In this document: positions 1 to 12,004 of the stretch, in pieces
Numbering within the stretch: the stretch's first letter is position 1
Layout of the letters: each line of letters begins with the position of its first letter
NCBI RefSeq assembly: GCF_013315695.1
Contig: NZ_CP054353.1
Length of the DNA stretch: 64,000 bases
Reading direction: 5' to 3' (one strand)
Origin: Escherichia coli
Lineage (GTDB): Bacteria; Pseudomonadota; Gammaproteobacteria; Enterobacterales; Enterobacteriaceae
Notes under the pieces: model-generated
Told to the model about the DNA's origin: nothing
The model's input: only the letters and a program-made list of their open reading frames with translations
Databases searched by the model: none
Translations under genes and position numbers: made by a program

Positions 1-1011
1 TCCAACCTGTTACGCCAAACCGCGATTACCGGCATCCTCGCGGTAGGAATGGTGTTCGTCATAATTTCTGCTGAAATCGACCTTTCCGTCGGCTCAATGA
101 TGGGGCTGTTAGGTGGCGTCGCGGCGATTTGTGACGTCTGGCTAGGCTGGCCTTTGCCACTTACCATCATTGTGACTTTGGTTCTGGGACTGCTTCTCGG
201 TGCCTGGAACGGATGGTGGGTCGCGTACCGCAAAGTCCCTTCATTTATTGTCACCCTCGCGGGCATGTTGGCATTTCGCGGCATACTCATTGGCATCACC
301 AACGGCACGACTGTTTCCCCCACCAGCGCCGCGATGTCACAAATCGGGCAAAGCTATCTACCCGCCAGCACCGGCTTCATCATTGGCGCGCTTGGCTTAA
401 TGGCTTTTGTTGGCTGGCAATGGCGCGGAAGAATGCGCCGTCAGGCTTTGGGTTTGCAGTCTCCGGCCTCTACCGCAGTTGTCGGTCGCCAGGCATTAAC
501 GGCGATTATCGTCTTAGGCGCAATCTGGCTGTTGAACGATTACCGTGGCGTTCCCACTCCTGTTCTGCTGCTGACGTTGCTGTTACTCGGCGGAATGTTT
601 ATGGCAACGCGGACGGCATTTGGACGACGCATTTATGCCATCGGCGGCAATCTGGAAGCAGCACGTCTCTCCGGGATTAACGTTGAACGCACCAAACTTG
701 CCGTATTCGCTATTAACGGATTAATGGTAGCCATCGCCGGATTAATCCTCAGTTCTCGACTTGGCGCTGGTTCACCTTCTGCGGGGAATATCGCCGAGCT
801 GGACGCAATTGCAGCATGCGTGATTGGCGGCACCAGTCTGGCAGGCGGCGTCGGGAGCGTGGCCGGAGCGGTAATGGGGGCATTCATCATGGCTTCACTG
901 GATAACGGCATGAGTATGATGGATGTACCGACCTTCTGGCAGTATATCGTTAAAGGTGCGATTCTGTTGCTGGCAGTATGGATGGACTCCGCAACCAAAC
1001 GCCGTTCTTGA
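1..1011 (+). CDS. xylH: xylose ABC transporter permease XylH, 3' portion (5' end lies outside the window)
   Basis: Open frame runs from base 1 to the stop at 1011; translation is a hydrophobic ABC permease; position immediately upstream of xylR matches the xylFGH-xylR layout. Confidence 0.85.
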
Positions 1012-1088
1012 TTTTGATAAAAATTTTCTCAAAGCCGGTAACGTATTACCGGTTTTGAGTTTTTGCATGATTCAGCAGGAAAAGAACC

Positions 1089-2268
1089 ATGTTTACTAAA
1101 CGTCACCGCATCACATTACTGTTCAATGCCAATAAAGCCTATGACCGGCAGGTAGTAGAAGGCGTAGGGGGAATATTTACAGGCGTCACAATCGGAATGG
1201 GATATTTTCATTGAAGAAGATTTCCGCGCCCGCATTGATAAAATCAAGGACTGGTTAGGAGATGGCGTCATTGCCGACTTCGACAACAAACAAATCGAGC
1301 AAGCGCTAGCTGATGTCGACGTCCCCATTGTTGGGGTTGGTGGCTCGTATCACCTTGCCGAAAGTTACCCACCCGTTCATTACATTGCCACCGATAACTA
1401 TGCGCTGGTTGAAAGCGCGTTTTTGCATTTAAAAGAGAAAGGCGTTAACCGCTTTGCTTTTTATGGTCTTCCGGAATCAAGCGGTAAACGTTGGGCCACT
1501 GAACGCGAATATGCATTTCGTCAGCTTGTCGCCGAAGAAAAGTATCGCGGAGTGGTTTATCAGGGATTAGAAACCGCGCCAGAGAACTGGCAACACGCGC
1601 AAAATCGGCTGGCAGACTGGCTACAAACGCTGCCACCGCAAACCGGGATTATTGCCGTTACTGACGCCCGGGCGCGGCATATTCTGCAAGTATGTGAACA
1701 TCTACACATTCCCGTACCGGAAAAATTATGCGTGATTGGCATCGATAACGAAGAACTGACCCGCTATCTGTCGCGTGTCGCCCTTTCTTCGGTCGCTCAG
1801 GGCGCGCGGCAAATGGGCTATCAGGCGGCAAAACTGTTGCATCGATTATTAGATAAAGAAGAAATGCCGCTACAGCGGATTTTGGTCCCACCAGTTCGCG
1901 TCATTGAACGGCGCTCAACAGATTACCGCTCGCTGACCGATCCCGCCGTTATTCAGGCCATGCATTACATTCGTAATCACGCCTGTAAAGGGATTAAAGT
2001 GGATCAGGTACTGGATGCGGTGGGCATATCACGCTCCAATCTTGAGAAGCGTTTTAAAGAAGAGGTGGGTGAAACCATCCATGCCATGATTCATGCCGAG
2101 AAGCTGGAGAAAGCGCGCAGTCTGCTGATTTCAACCACCTTGTCGATCAATGAGATATCGCAAATGTGCGGTTATCCATCGCTGCAATATTTCTACTCTG
2201 TTTTTAAAAAAGCATATGACACGACGCCAAAAGAGTATCGCGATGTAAATAGCGAGGTCATGTTGTAG
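1089..2268 (+). pseudogene. xylR: xylose operon regulator XylR (AraC family), disrupted by +1 frameshift in a G5 run at 1167-1171
   Basis: ATG at 1089 opens MFTKRHRITLLFNANKAYDRQVVEGVG then stops at 1212-1214; the rest of the XylR-like sequence continues in the +1 frame to the stop at 2268; total span is 1180 bp, one more than a whole number of codons. Confidence 0.7.
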
Positions 2269-2279
2269 CGATGATGAGA

Positions 2280-2360
2280 ATTGTCGGCGTCGCATCAGGT
2301 AACTCAGTACAATCACCTGATGCGAGCAAAAGCCTTATCCGACCGACAAGTCGGATAAGG
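2280..2360. repeat. REP/BIME-type palindromic units in the xylR-bax intergenic region
   Basis: GC-rich imperfect palindromes (gcgtcgcatcaggt ... cacctgatgcgagc ... cttatccgac...gtcggataagg) typical of enterobacterial REP elements. Confidence 0.5.
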
Positions 2361-2375
2361 CTCGAGGAAATGCAA

Positions 2376-3200
2376 TTACATATGTGCCGCGATTAACCGT
2401 TGGTTATCCTGGTACATTGCGAACAGGTAGTTGTTATAACTCTTCCCTTTGGTCGAGTAGCCCTTCAGCTTGTGAATCATCGCTGTGGCAGTCACTTCCT
2501 GATCCGCTTTACGCAGCTGTGCACGCGATTTACGGAACGAAGAGTAAGCCGGATGCGTATTCAGGTTAGTAACATAGGCGCTCACCGATTCTTTGACAGA
2601 ACTAAACTGTGAGTACCCTTTCACTTTACCCGGCGCATTGGTACAACGTCCTTTCATGCATTTCATGCCGAACAGGTTGTTGTTGTTGCGCGCCAGCTTC
2701 GACGTTCCCCAACCGCTTTCTGCTGCAGCCATCGTCGCCACCATACTGGTAGGGATAATGTCTACGCGTTCAAGCAAAGTATTCCACGGGATTTTTCGCG
2801 TATTACCAGACCACTTCACCTTGTAGCGTTTGGCGATGTCTTTCAGACGCGCACGCTCAGCAGGTGACCATTGGCCCTGATACTGTTTTGAAATCAGCCA
2901 GTTACGTTCCGCAGTAATGGCCGCATTTTGGCTGGTAATGTAAGGCATTACGGTCCGGAGAAACGCCTTTTTCCTTGGTGTTCCGGAAGGGTATTTTCGC
3001 AAATCAGGAAGTGAACTACTCTTTGCACTATTGCGAGAATACTCTTGTTTACTGCTTACCTGTTTATTACTAGCTTTAGTTAAGTGGGACTTTTGACTCG
3101 CTGTTGTTGTGTGCGTCTTCGCTAACACCTCACTCGAAAACACCAGAGTGAGTAACATAAGAATCATCGCCCCATATCGTCGTATGGGAGTCAAAATCAT
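2376..3200 (-). CDS. bax: Bax protein (putative glucosaminidase-domain protein)
   Basis: 274-aa ORF with N-terminal signal-like segment; sequence and position match Bax. Confidence 0.8.
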   Translation of the reverse strand: MILTPIRRYGAMILMLLTLVFSSEVLAKTHTTTASQKSHLTKASNKQVSSKQEYSRNSAKSSSLPDLRKYPSGTPRKKAFLRTVMPYITSQNAAITAERNWLISKQYQGQWSPAERARLKDIAKRYKVKWSGNTRKIPWNTLLERVDIIPTSMVATMAAAESGWGTSKLARNNNNLFGMKCMKGRCTNAPGKVKGYSQFSSVKESVSAYVTNLNTHPAYSSFRKSRAQLRKADQEVTATAMIHKLKGYSTKGKSYNNYLFAMYQDNQRLIAAHM

Positions 3201-3519
3201 CAGGTCTCCTGGTCGGATTTAATCATTCCAACACCTTATATTTTTCACAAATTTGAGAGTTGAATCTCAAATCATATCAAAAATAGCTGTCAAGAGCACC
3301 CCAAGGAATAGTCCAAATCTGAAACTATGTCACGAGTTAACGATTCAGATTGGCGCTAAATCGCAGAAAATGTGGGGTTTATCGCAAAATTCAGCCGTTT
3401 TTTGCGCGCGATCGCTCACCCTTGCTTCTCATCCTGTGGACTTACCGCTCAGGGATGAGTTTTGTCTGGCTTATCGCTGGCAAACTGTCTGAAATCGCAG
3501 CAATAAGGACTCATTCGCC

Positions 3520-5550
3520 ATGAAACTCGCCGCCTGTTTTCTGACACTCCTTCCTGGCTTCGCCGTTGCCGCCAGCTGGACTTCTCCGGGGTTTCCCACC
3601 TTTAGCGAACAGGGGACGGGAACATTTGTCAGCCACGCGCAGTTGCCCAAAGGTACGCGTCCACTAACGCTAAATTTTGACCAACAGTGCTGGCAGCCTG
3701 CGGATGCGATAAAACTCAATCAGATGCTTTCCCTGCAACCTTGTGGCAACACGCCGCCTCAATGGCGATTGTTCAGGGACGGCGAATATACGCTGCAACT
3801 AGACACCCGCTCCGGTACACCAACATTGATGATTTCCATCCAGAACGCCGTCGAACCGGTAGCAAGCCTGGTCCGTGAATGCCCGAAATGGGATGGATTA
3901 CCGCTCACACTGGATGTCAGCGCCACTTTTCCGGAGGGAGCCGCCGTCCGGGATTATTACAGCCAGCAAATTGCGATAGTGAAGAACGGTCAAATAACGT
4001 TACAACCCGCTGCCACCAGCAACGGTTTACTCCTGCTGGAACGGGCAGAAACTGACGCCTCTGCCCCTTTCGACTGGCATAACGCCACGGTTTACTTTGT
4101 GCTGACAGATCGTTTCGAAAACGGAGATCCCAGTAATGACCAGAGTTACGGACGTCATAAAGACGGTATGGCAGAAATTGGCACTTTTCACGGCGGCGAT
4201 TTACGCGGCCTGACCAACAAACTGGATTACCTCCAGCAGCTGGGCGTCAATGCTTTATGGATAAGTGCCCCATTTGAGCAAATTCACGGCTGGGTCGGCG
4301 GCGGTACAAAAGGCGATTTCCCGCATTATGCCTACCACGGTTATTACACACAGGACTGGACGAATCTTGATGCCAATATGGGCCGCGAAGCCGATCTACG
4401 GACGCTGGTTGATAGCGCGCATCAGCGCGGTATTCGTATTCTCTTTGATGTCGTGATGAACCACACCGGTTATGCCACACTGGCGGATATGCAGGAGTTT
4501 CAGTTTGGCGCGTTATATCTTTCTGGTGACGAAGTGAAAAAAACGCTGGGTGAACGCTGGAGCGACTGGAAACCTGCCGCCGGGCAAACCTGGCATAGCT
4601 TTAACGATTACATTAATTTCAGCGACAAAACAGGCTGGGATAAATGGTGGGGAAAAAACTGGATCAGAACCGATATCGGCGATTACGACAATCCTGGATT
4701 CGACGATCTCACTATGTCGCTGGCCTTTTTGCCGGATATCAAAACCGAATCAACGACCGCTTCTGGTCTGCCGGTGTTCTATAAAAACAAAACGGATACC
4801 CACGCTAAAGTCATCGACGGCTTTACCCCTCGCGATTACTTAACCCACTGGTTAAGTCAGTGGGTCCGCGACTATGGGATTGATGGTTTTCGGGTCGATA
4901 CCGCCAAACATGTTGAGTTGCCCGCCTGGCAACAACTGAAAACCGAAGCCAGCGCCGCGCTTCGCGAATGGAAAAAAGCGAATCCCGACAAAGCATTAGA
5001 TGATAAACCGTTCTGGATGACCGGTGAAGCCTGGGGCCACGGCGTGATGCAAAGTGACTACTATCGCCACGGCTTCGATGCGATGATCAATTTCGATTAT
5101 CAGGAGCAGGCGGCGAAAGCAGTCGATTGTCTGGCGCAGATGGATACGACCTGGCAGCAAATGGCGGAGAAATTGCAGGATTTCAACGTGTTGAGCTACC
5201 TCTCATCGCATGATACCCGCCTGTTCCGCGAAGGTGGTAATAAAGCAGCAGAGTTATTGTTATTAGCGCCAGGCGCGGTACAAATCTTTTATGGTGATGA
5301 ATCCTCGCGTCCGTTCGGCCCCACCGGTTCGGATCCGCTGCAAGGTACGCGTTCGGATATGAACTGGCAGGATGTTAGCGGTAAATCTGCCGCCAGCGTC
5401 GCGCACTGGCAGAAAATCAGCCAGTTCCGTGCCCGCCATCCCGCAATTGGCGCGGGCAAACAAACGACACTTTCGATGAAGCAGGGCTACGGCTTTGTTC
5501 GTGAGCATGGCGACGATAAAGTGCTGGTCATCTGGGCTGGGCAACAGTGA
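3520..5550 (+). CDS. malS: periplasmic alpha-amylase MalS
   Basis: 676-aa ORF with signal peptide and GH13 alpha-amylase motifs (FDVVMNH, GFRVDTAKH). Confidence 0.9.
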   Translation: MKLAACFLTLLPGFAVAASWTSPGFPTFSEQGTGTFVSHAQLPKGTRPLTLNFDQQCWQPADAIKLNQMLSLQPCGNTPPQWRLFRDGEYTLQLDTRSGTPTLMISIQNAVEPVASLVRECPKWDGLPLTLDVSATFPEGAAVRDYYSQQIAIVKNGQITLQPAATSNGLLLLERAETDASAPFDWHNATVYFVLTDRFENGDPSNDQSYGRHKDGMAEIGTFHGGDLRGLTNKLDYLQQLGVNALWISAPFEQIHGWVGGGTKGDFPHYAYHGYYTQDWTNLDANMGREADLRTLVDSAHQRGIRILFDVVMNHTGYATLADMQEFQFGALYLSGDEVKKTLGERWSDWKPAAGQTWHSFNDYINFSDKTGWDKWWGKNWIRTDIGDYDNPGFDDLTMSLAFLPDIKTESTTASGLPVFYKNKTDTHAKVIDGFTPRDYLTHWLSQWVRDYGIDGFRVDTAKHVELPAWQQLKTEASAALREWKKANPDKALDDKPFWMTGEAWGHGVMQSDYYRHGFDAMINFDYQEQAAKAVDCLAQMDTTWQQMAEKLQDFNVLSYLSSHDTRLFREGGNKAAELLLLAPGAVQIFYGDESSRPFGPTGSDPLQGTRSDMNWQDVSGKSAASVAHWQKISQFRARHPAIGAGKQTTLSMKQGYGFVREHGDDKVLVIWAGQQ

Positions 5551-5727
5551 CTTTTCCGGCTTCCCGTTCGTCAGTACCTCGGGAAGCCGCCAACCAGGAT
5601 AAAATGTCAGCTCTAATCAGCGTTGCAGGATAAAGCACCGCTCCCTCTTCAACAGAGCGATTTGCACCCCAGCAAATGTAGCGTTATTGTTACCTTCCTT
5701 GCTACAGAGTTCGACAGATATCCCGCT

Positions 5728-6981
5728 ATGACATTCTCCCTTTTTGGTGACAAATTTACCCGCCACTCCGGCATTACGCTGCTGATGGAAGATCTGAACG
5801 ACGGTTTATGCACGCCTGGCGCGATTATGCTCGGCGGCGGTAATCCAGCGCAGATCCCGGAAATGCAGGACTACTTCCAGACGCTACTGACCGACATGCT
5901 GGAAAGTGGCAAAGCGACTGATGCACTGTGCAATTACGACGGTCCACAGGGGAAAACGGAGCTCCTCACACTGCTTGCCGGAATGCTGCGCGAGAAGTTG
6001 GGTTGGGATATCGAACCACAGAATATTGCACTAACAAACGGCAGCCAGAGCGCGTTTTTCTACTTATTTAATCTGTTTGCCGGACGCCGTGCCGATGGTC
6101 GGATCAAAAAAGTGCTGTTTCCGCTGGCACCGGAATACATTGGCTACGCTGACGCCGGACTGGAAGAAGATCTGTTTGTCTCTGCGCGTCCGAATATTGA
6201 ACTGCTGCCGGAAGGCCAGTTTAAATACCACGTCGATTTTGAGCATCTACATATTGGCGAAGAAACCGGGATGATTTGCGTCTCCCGGCCGACGAATCCA
6301 ACAGGCAATGTGATTACTGACGAAGAGTTGCTGAAGCTTGACGCGCTGGCGAATCAACACGGCATTCCGCTGGTGATTGATAACGCTTATGGCGTCCCGT
6401 TCCCGGGTATCATCTTCAGCGAAGCGCGCCCGCTGTGGAATCCGAATATTGTACTGTGCATGAGTCTTTCCAAGCTGGGACTACCGGGTTCGCGCTGCGG
6501 CATTATCATCGCCAATGAAAAAATCATCACCGCAATCACCAACATGAACGGCATTATCAGCCTGGCGCCTGGCGGTATTGGTCCGGCGATAATGTGTGAA
6601 ATGATTAAGCGTAACGATCTGCTGCGCCTGTCTGAAACAGTCATCAAACCGTTTTATTACCAGCGTGTTCAGGAAACTATCGCCATCATTCGCCGCTATT
6701 TACCGGAAGATCGCTGCCTGATTCATAAACCGGAAGGAGCCATTTTCCTCTGGCTATGGTTTAAGGATTTGCCGATCACTACCGAGCAGCTTTACCAGCG
6801 CCTGAAAGCACGCGGCGTGCTGATGGTACCGGGGCACAACTTCTTCCCAGGGCTGGATAAACCGTGGCCACATACACATCAATGTATGCGCATGAACTAC
6901 GTGCCGGAGCCGGATAAAATTGAGGCGGGTGTGAAGATTCTGGCGGAAGAGATAGAAAGAGCCTGGGCTGAAAGCCATTAA
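5728..6981 (+). CDS. avtA: valine-pyruvate aminotransferase AvtA
   Basis: 417-aa PLP aminotransferase starting MTFSLFGDKFTRHSGI; the six-frame ORF extends further upstream with no conserved sequence. Confidence 0.85.
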   Translation: MTFSLFGDKFTRHSGITLLMEDLNDGLCTPGAIMLGGGNPAQIPEMQDYFQTLLTDMLESGKATDALCNYDGPQGKTELLTLLAGMLREKLGWDIEPQNIALTNGSQSAFFYLFNLFAGRRADGRIKKVLFPLAPEYIGYADAGLEEDLFVSARPNIELLPEGQFKYHVDFEHLHIGEETGMICVSRPTNPTGNVITDEELLKLDALANQHGIPLVIDNAYGVPFPGIIFSEARPLWNPNIVLCMSLSKLGLPGSRCGIIIANEKIITAITNMNGIISLAPGGIGPAIMCEMIKRNDLLRLSETVIKPFYYQRVQETIAIIRRYLPEDRCLIHKPEGAIFLWLWFKDLPITTEQLYQRLKARGVLMVPGHNFFPGLDKPWPHTHQCMRMNYVPEPDKIEAGVKILAEEIERAWAESH

Positions 6982-7019
6982 TACGCTATTCCGGCGTTGA
7001 GAAACGCCGGAAAAACGTT

Positions 7020-7493
7020 TCAAACAGGCTGCTGCCGTAGCCGATGCCGCTGCACTTTCTCGACATCCATGCACTGCAACGCCTTTGTCGGGCAGGCTTC
7101 AACACAGGCCGGTCCCGTCGCCCGATGCCAGCACAGATCGCACTTAATCGCCCTCGCCTTTTTGCGCGAAGAAACGACCTCCATCGCACCAAACGGGCAA
7201 GCCAGCATACAGCTTTTACAGCCAATGCAACGTGATTGTTCAACGAAAATATGCCCATGTTCGCGGCTTATCGCGTCAACAGGGCACACATTTGCGCACG
7301 GTGCATCTTCACACTGATGACAGGCTACTGCCGTGGTGTAAGTATGATCTTTAATGACACGAATACGCGAAATAAACTCACCGTGTGACAACGCAGCGCA
7401 ATCCTGATTCTCCTGATGCGACACTGCGCAAGCCACTTCACAGGTACGGCAACCGATACATTTCGTCGCATCCGCAATAATAAACCAGTTCAT
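7020..7493 (-). CDS. ysaA: 4Fe-4S ferredoxin-type protein YsaA
   Basis: 157 aa with several CxxCxxCxxxCP iron-sulfur motifs. Confidence 0.8.
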   Translation of the reverse strand: MNWFIIADATKCIGCRTCEVACAVSHQENQDCAALSHGEFISRIRVIKDHTYTTAVACHQCEDAPCANVCPVDAISREHGHIFVEQSRCIGCKSCMLACPFGAMEVVSSRKKARAIKCDLCWHRATGPACVEACPTKALQCMDVEKVQRHRLRQQPV

Positions 7494-7594
7494 GATCACT
7501 CCTTTGCACTAAAACAGCAGAGTGCCAGAGAGCGCGTCTCTACTGCTTTGATCCAACGAAGGAAATGTTAAAGTTTTGGCACTTGTCCAAAGCG

Positions 7595-8443
7595 TTATGT
7601 GATCGCGCCCTGGTCGTCCCTGACAGTAAATCCCAGTTCATTAGAAATAGCCTGCGCGGTTTCACGCAGTGGTTTCAGGAGATTTTTCTCCCCCACCTGT
7701 TTCAGACGTGATGTCGAAAGCGAAATCGACACGGCGTACGGCACCCGCCCATGAATATCAAACACCGGAACAGCAATACAGGAGACGCCGAGTTCGTTTT
7801 CTTCTCTGTCCATCGCCGCTCCGCTTTCACGAATGTGCGCCAGTTCGTCGAACATCGCGGGCAGCTCGGTAATGGTATTGTGGGTTAACGGCTGGATCTC
7901 ATGCTGATGGCTTTCCCAGTATGACTTCACGTAGTCCGGGTGACCAAACGCCATGTAGATCTTGCCCATTGCGGAACAGTAGAGCGGCATATGCTGGCCA
8001 ATATAGGCACGGGTTCGCAGCATCCCGGTTGTGGGTTCCAGCTTATAAATCAAAATAGCGTGATCGTCTTCGCGGCTGGAGAAGTTAATAGTTTCACCAG
8101 TGGCGATGTTCAGTGCCTCAAGATGCGGAGCGGCGATATGAATGATATTCAGCGAAGACAGCGCCTTCTGCCCGACGGCAATAAATTTGGTGGTCAGGCG
8201 GTAACTCCCTGCGGCGGGCGCGGTGGTCACATAGCCGCAGGACTGTAATCCCTGCAATAAGCGATGGACGGTACTCTTATTTAAACCAGCCAGTTCCGAA
8301 AGATGCGCCAACGGACAACCGTTTGGATAGTTGCTCAAAATCTCAATCAGCATCAACCCGCGAAACAGACTCTGGCTTCCGGCTGGACGCTCTTTTTCCT
8401 GCGCCATCTCGTTCTCTTTTTTTCCCATCACTTCTTTCCCCAT
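7595..8443 (-). CDS. yiaJ: IclR-family transcriptional repressor YiaJ (PlaR) of the yiaK-S operon
   Basis: 282 aa; N-terminal HTH and IclR effector domain; divergent from yiaK. Confidence 0.85.
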   Translation of the reverse strand: MGKEVMGKKENEMAQEKERPAGSQSLFRGLMLIEILSNYPNGCPLAHLSELAGLNKSTVHRLLQGLQSCGYVTTAPAAGSYRLTTKFIAVGQKALSSLNIIHIAAPHLEALNIATGETINFSSREDDHAILIYKLEPTTGMLRTRAYIGQHMPLYCSAMGKIYMAFGHPDYVKSYWESHQHEIQPLTHNTITELPAMFDELAHIRESGAAMDREENELGVSCIAVPVFDIHGRVPYAVSISLSTSRLKQVGEKNLLKPLRETAQAISNELGFTVRDDQGAIT

Positions 8444-8643
8444 TTTGTCGCGTCCTGATGGTAGCGCAAAGTGTGCCGTAGTTCACGATCTCGACAGATA
8501 ATTTATAACCACTTGATTTTTAAGTTTTTTGAAATTCATCAATCAGATTGCTTTGTTAAAAAGTGATCGATATATTTGAAATCAAGTTTCGTATATTGAA
8601 ATTTTAAGCCAAAAAAGCGATCAAAAAAACAAGGAAGCCTGGG

Positions 8644-9642
8644 ATGAAAGTGACATTTGAGCAGTTAAAAGCAGCCTTTAATCGGGTCTTAATTTCACGC
8701 GGCGTTGACAGCGAAACGGCTGACGCCTGTGCAGAGATGTTCGCCCGCACCACCGAATCCGGCGTTTATTCTCACGGCGTTAATCGTTTCCCTCGTTTCA
8801 TTCAACAACTGGAAAACGGCGATATCATTCCTGATGCCCAACCCAAACGTATAACCAGCCTCGGCGCAATTGAACAGTGGGACGCTCAGCGTTCGATCGG
8901 TAACCTGACAGCGAAAAAGATGATGGATCGCGCCATTGAACTGGCTGCCGATCACGGTATTGGTCTGGTGGCACTACGTAATGCCAACCACTGGATGCGC
9001 GGCGGCAGCTACGGCTGGCAGGCGGCGGAAAAAGGCTATATTGGCATTTGCTGGACCAACTCCATCGCCGTAATGCCGCCGTGGGGCGCAAAAGAGTGTC
9101 GCATCGGCACCAACCCGCTGATCGTCGCCATTCCTTCTACCCCAATCACCATGGTCGATATGTCGATGTCGATGTTCTCTTACGGCATGTTAGAAGTTAA
9201 CCGTCTGGCAGGCCGTCAGCTCCCGGTCGATGGTGGCTTTGATGATGAGGGCAATTTGACCAAAGAACCTGGCGTTATCGAGAAGAATCGCCGCATTTTG
9301 CCGATGGGCTACTGGAAAGGTTCTGGCATGTCGATTGTGCTGGATATGATCGCCACTCTCCTTTCCGACGGCGCATCGGTTGCCGAAGTCACCCAGGACA
9401 ACAGCGACGAATACGGCGTTTCGCAAATCTTTATCGCCATCGAAGTGGATAAATTGATCGACGGCCCCACCCGCGATGCCAAGCTGCAACGCATCATGGA
9501 TTACGTTACTACCGCTGAACGCGCTGACGAAAACCAGGCCATCCGCTTACCCGGCCACGAATTTACTACCCTGCTGGCCGAAAACCGCCGTAACGGCATC
9601 ACCGTTGATGACAGCGTGTGGGCCAAAATCCAGGCGTTATGA
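8644..9642 (+). CDS. yiaK: 2,3-diketo-L-gulonate reductase YiaK
   Basis: 332-aa Ldh_2-family dehydrogenase; first gene of the yiaK-S operon. Confidence 0.85.
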   Translation: MKVTFEQLKAAFNRVLISRGVDSETADACAEMFARTTESGVYSHGVNRFPRFIQQLENGDIIPDAQPKRITSLGAIEQWDAQRSIGNLTAKKMMDRAIELAADHGIGLVALRNANHWMRGGSYGWQAAEKGYIGICWTNSIAVMPPWGAKECRIGTNPLIVAIPSTPITMVDMSMSMFSYGMLEVNRLAGRQLPVDGGFDDEGNLTKEPGVIEKNRRILPMGYWKGSGMSIVLDMIATLLSDGASVAEVTQDNSDEYGVSQIFIAIEVDKLIDGPTRDAKLQRIMDYVTTAERADENQAIRLPGHEFTTLLAENRRNGITVDDSVWAKIQAL

Positions 9643-9650
9643 GGAGATAA

Positions 9651-10121
<471 letters not shown>

Positions 10122-10238
10122 TCGAATAATCGTCTACGCCAGAACGCCTGGGTAATGTTATTGCTCTAACTATATTAATAATTTAGGTTGCTGCACATGC
10201 AACTTGAATTATGACAGACATAGCCTCAAGGAATAGCT

Positions 10239-10712
10239 ATGAAAAAAATACTTGAAGCAATACTGGCGATTAATCTCGCCGTACTTTCCTGTATTGTGTT
10301 TATAAACATTATTTTAAGATATGGTTTTCAGACAAGCATTTTATCTGTAGATGAATTGTCACGTTATTTATTTGTCTGGTTAACATTTATTGGCGCGATT
10401 GTGGCTTTTATGGATAACGCCCACGTTCAGGTCACCTTTCTGGTGGAGAAACTCTCCTCCGCATGGCAGCGACGAGTCGCTCTGGTTACCCATTCCTTAA
10501 TCTTATTTATTTGTGGCGCACTGGCCTGGGGCGCAACGCTAAAAACAATTCAGGACTGGAGCGATTATTCACCGATCCTCGGTTTGCCCATCGGCCTGAT
10601 GTATGCCGCTTGTCTGCCCACCAGCCTCGTTATCGCATTCTTTGAACTGCGTCATTTATATCAACTCATCACGCGTAGCAATTCTCTAACGTCGCCACCG
10701 CAAGGAGCTTAA
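10239..10712 (+). CDS. yiaM: TRAP transporter small permease YiaM
   Basis: 157-aa membrane protein directly upstream of the large permease. Confidence 0.85.
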   Translation: MKKILEAILAINLAVLSCIVFINIILRYGFQTSILSVDELSRYLFVWLTFIGAIVAFMDNAHVQVTFLVEKLSSAWQRRVALVTHSLILFICGALAWGATLKTIQDWSDYSPILGLPIGLMYAACLPTSLVIAFFELRHLYQLITRSNSLTSPPQGA

Positions 10713-10714
10713 TC

Positions 10715-11992
10715 ATGGCTGTGCTGATTTTTCTGGGCTGTCTGTTGGGTGGTATTGCTATCGGTTTGCCTATTGCCTGGGCACTGTTGTTGTGCGGGGC
10801 GGCGTTAATGTTCTGGCTGGGCATGTTTGATGTCCAGATCATGGCACAAACGCTGGTGAACGGAGCCGACAGCTTCTCCCTGCTGGCGATTCCGTTCTTT
10901 GTGCTGGCGGGTGAAATCATGAATGCGGGCGGCTTGTCAAAACGCATTGTTGACCTGCCGATGAAACTGGTGGGGCATAAACCAGGCGGGCTGGGCTACG
11001 TCGGCGTGCTGGCGGCTATGATTATGGCAAGCCTTTCTGGTTCTGCCGTTGCGGATACCGCCGCCGTTGCCGCGCTATTAGTGCCGATGATGCGCAGCGC
11101 TAACTACCCGGTCAACCGTGCTGCGGGGCTGATTGCCTCTGGCGGGATTATCGCGCCAATTATTCCCCCTTCCATTCCGTTTATTATCTTCGGCGTTTCC
11201 AGCGGATTATCCATCAGCAAGCTGTTTATGGCGGGTATTGCCCCAGGCATTATGATGGGCGCAACGCTGATGCTTACCTGGTGGTGGCAGGCCAGTCGCC
11301 TTAATTTACCCCGCCAGCAAAAAGCAACGATGCAGGAAATCTGGCACTCTTTTATCTCCGGTATCTGGGCGCTGTTTCTTCCAGTCATCATTATTGGCGG
11401 GTTTCGCTCCGGTCTGTTTACCCCTACCGAAGCCGGGGCCGTTGCTGCTTTCTATGCGCTGTTTGTCGCCACAGTTATTTACCGTGAAATGACCTTCGCC
11501 ACACTTTGGCATGTGCTCATTGGCGCAGCGAAAACGACCTCAGTGGTGATGTTTCTGGTGGCCTCGGCACAAGTTTCCGCCTGGCTGATCACCATTGCTG
11601 AACTGCCGATGATGGTTTCTGATTTACTGCAACCGCTGGTCGATTCACCGCGTCTGCTGTTTATCGTCATTATGGTGGCTATCCTGATTGTCGGCATGGT
11701 CATGGATTTAACGCCGACGGTATTAATTCTTACCCCGGTATTAATGCCTTTAGTTAAAGAGGCAGGAATCGATCCGATTTATTTCGGTGTCATGTTTATC
11801 ATTAACTGCTCAATCGGCTTAATTACACCGCCTATCGGTAATGTGCTTAACGTTATTTCAGGGGTGGCAAAACTCAAATTCGATGATGCAGTCAGAGGCG
11901 TTTTCCCTTACGTCCTGGTTTTATATTCATTATTAGTCGTATTTGTTTTTATTCCCGATCTCATCATCCTCCCTTTGAAATGGATTAATTAA
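10715..11992 (+). CDS. yiaN: TRAP transporter large permease YiaN
   Basis: 425-aa polytopic DctM-like protein. Confidence 0.85.
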   Translation: MAVLIFLGCLLGGIAIGLPIAWALLLCGAALMFWLGMFDVQIMAQTLVNGADSFSLLAIPFFVLAGEIMNAGGLSKRIVDLPMKLVGHKPGGLGYVGVLAAMIMASLSGSAVADTAAVAALLVPMMRSANYPVNRAAGLIASGGIIAPIIPPSIPFIIFGVSSGLSISKLFMAGIAPGIMMGATLMLTWWWQASRLNLPRQQKATMQEIWHSFISGIWALFLPVIIIGGFRSGLFTPTEAGAVAAFYALFVATVIYREMTFATLWHVLIGAAKTTSVVMFLVASAQVSAWLITIAELPMMVSDLLQPLVDSPRLLFIVIMVAILIVGMVMDLTPTVLILTPVLMPLVKEAGIDPIYFGVMFIINCSIGLITPPIGNVLNVISGVAKLKFDDAVRGVFPYVLVLYSLLVVFVFIPDLIILPLKWIN

Positions 11993-12004
11993 AAGGAAAA
12001 TATT

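Noticed and set aside
200-998. Overlapping ORFs (200-400, 213-680, 633-998) inside xylH
   Set aside because: Alternative-frame and antisense frames within a GC-rich permease gene; no independent start context.
3253-3492. 79-aa ORF in the bax-malS intergenic region
   Set aside because: No RBS; it lies in the divergent promoter region, and its composition looks like chance non-coding sequence.
6986-7015. Hairpin after avtA (ccggcgtt-gaga-aacgccgg) as a rho-independent terminator
   Set aside because: There is no downstream T-run on the plus strand; it may be a weak or bidirectional terminator shared with ysaA, but I cannot support a confident call.
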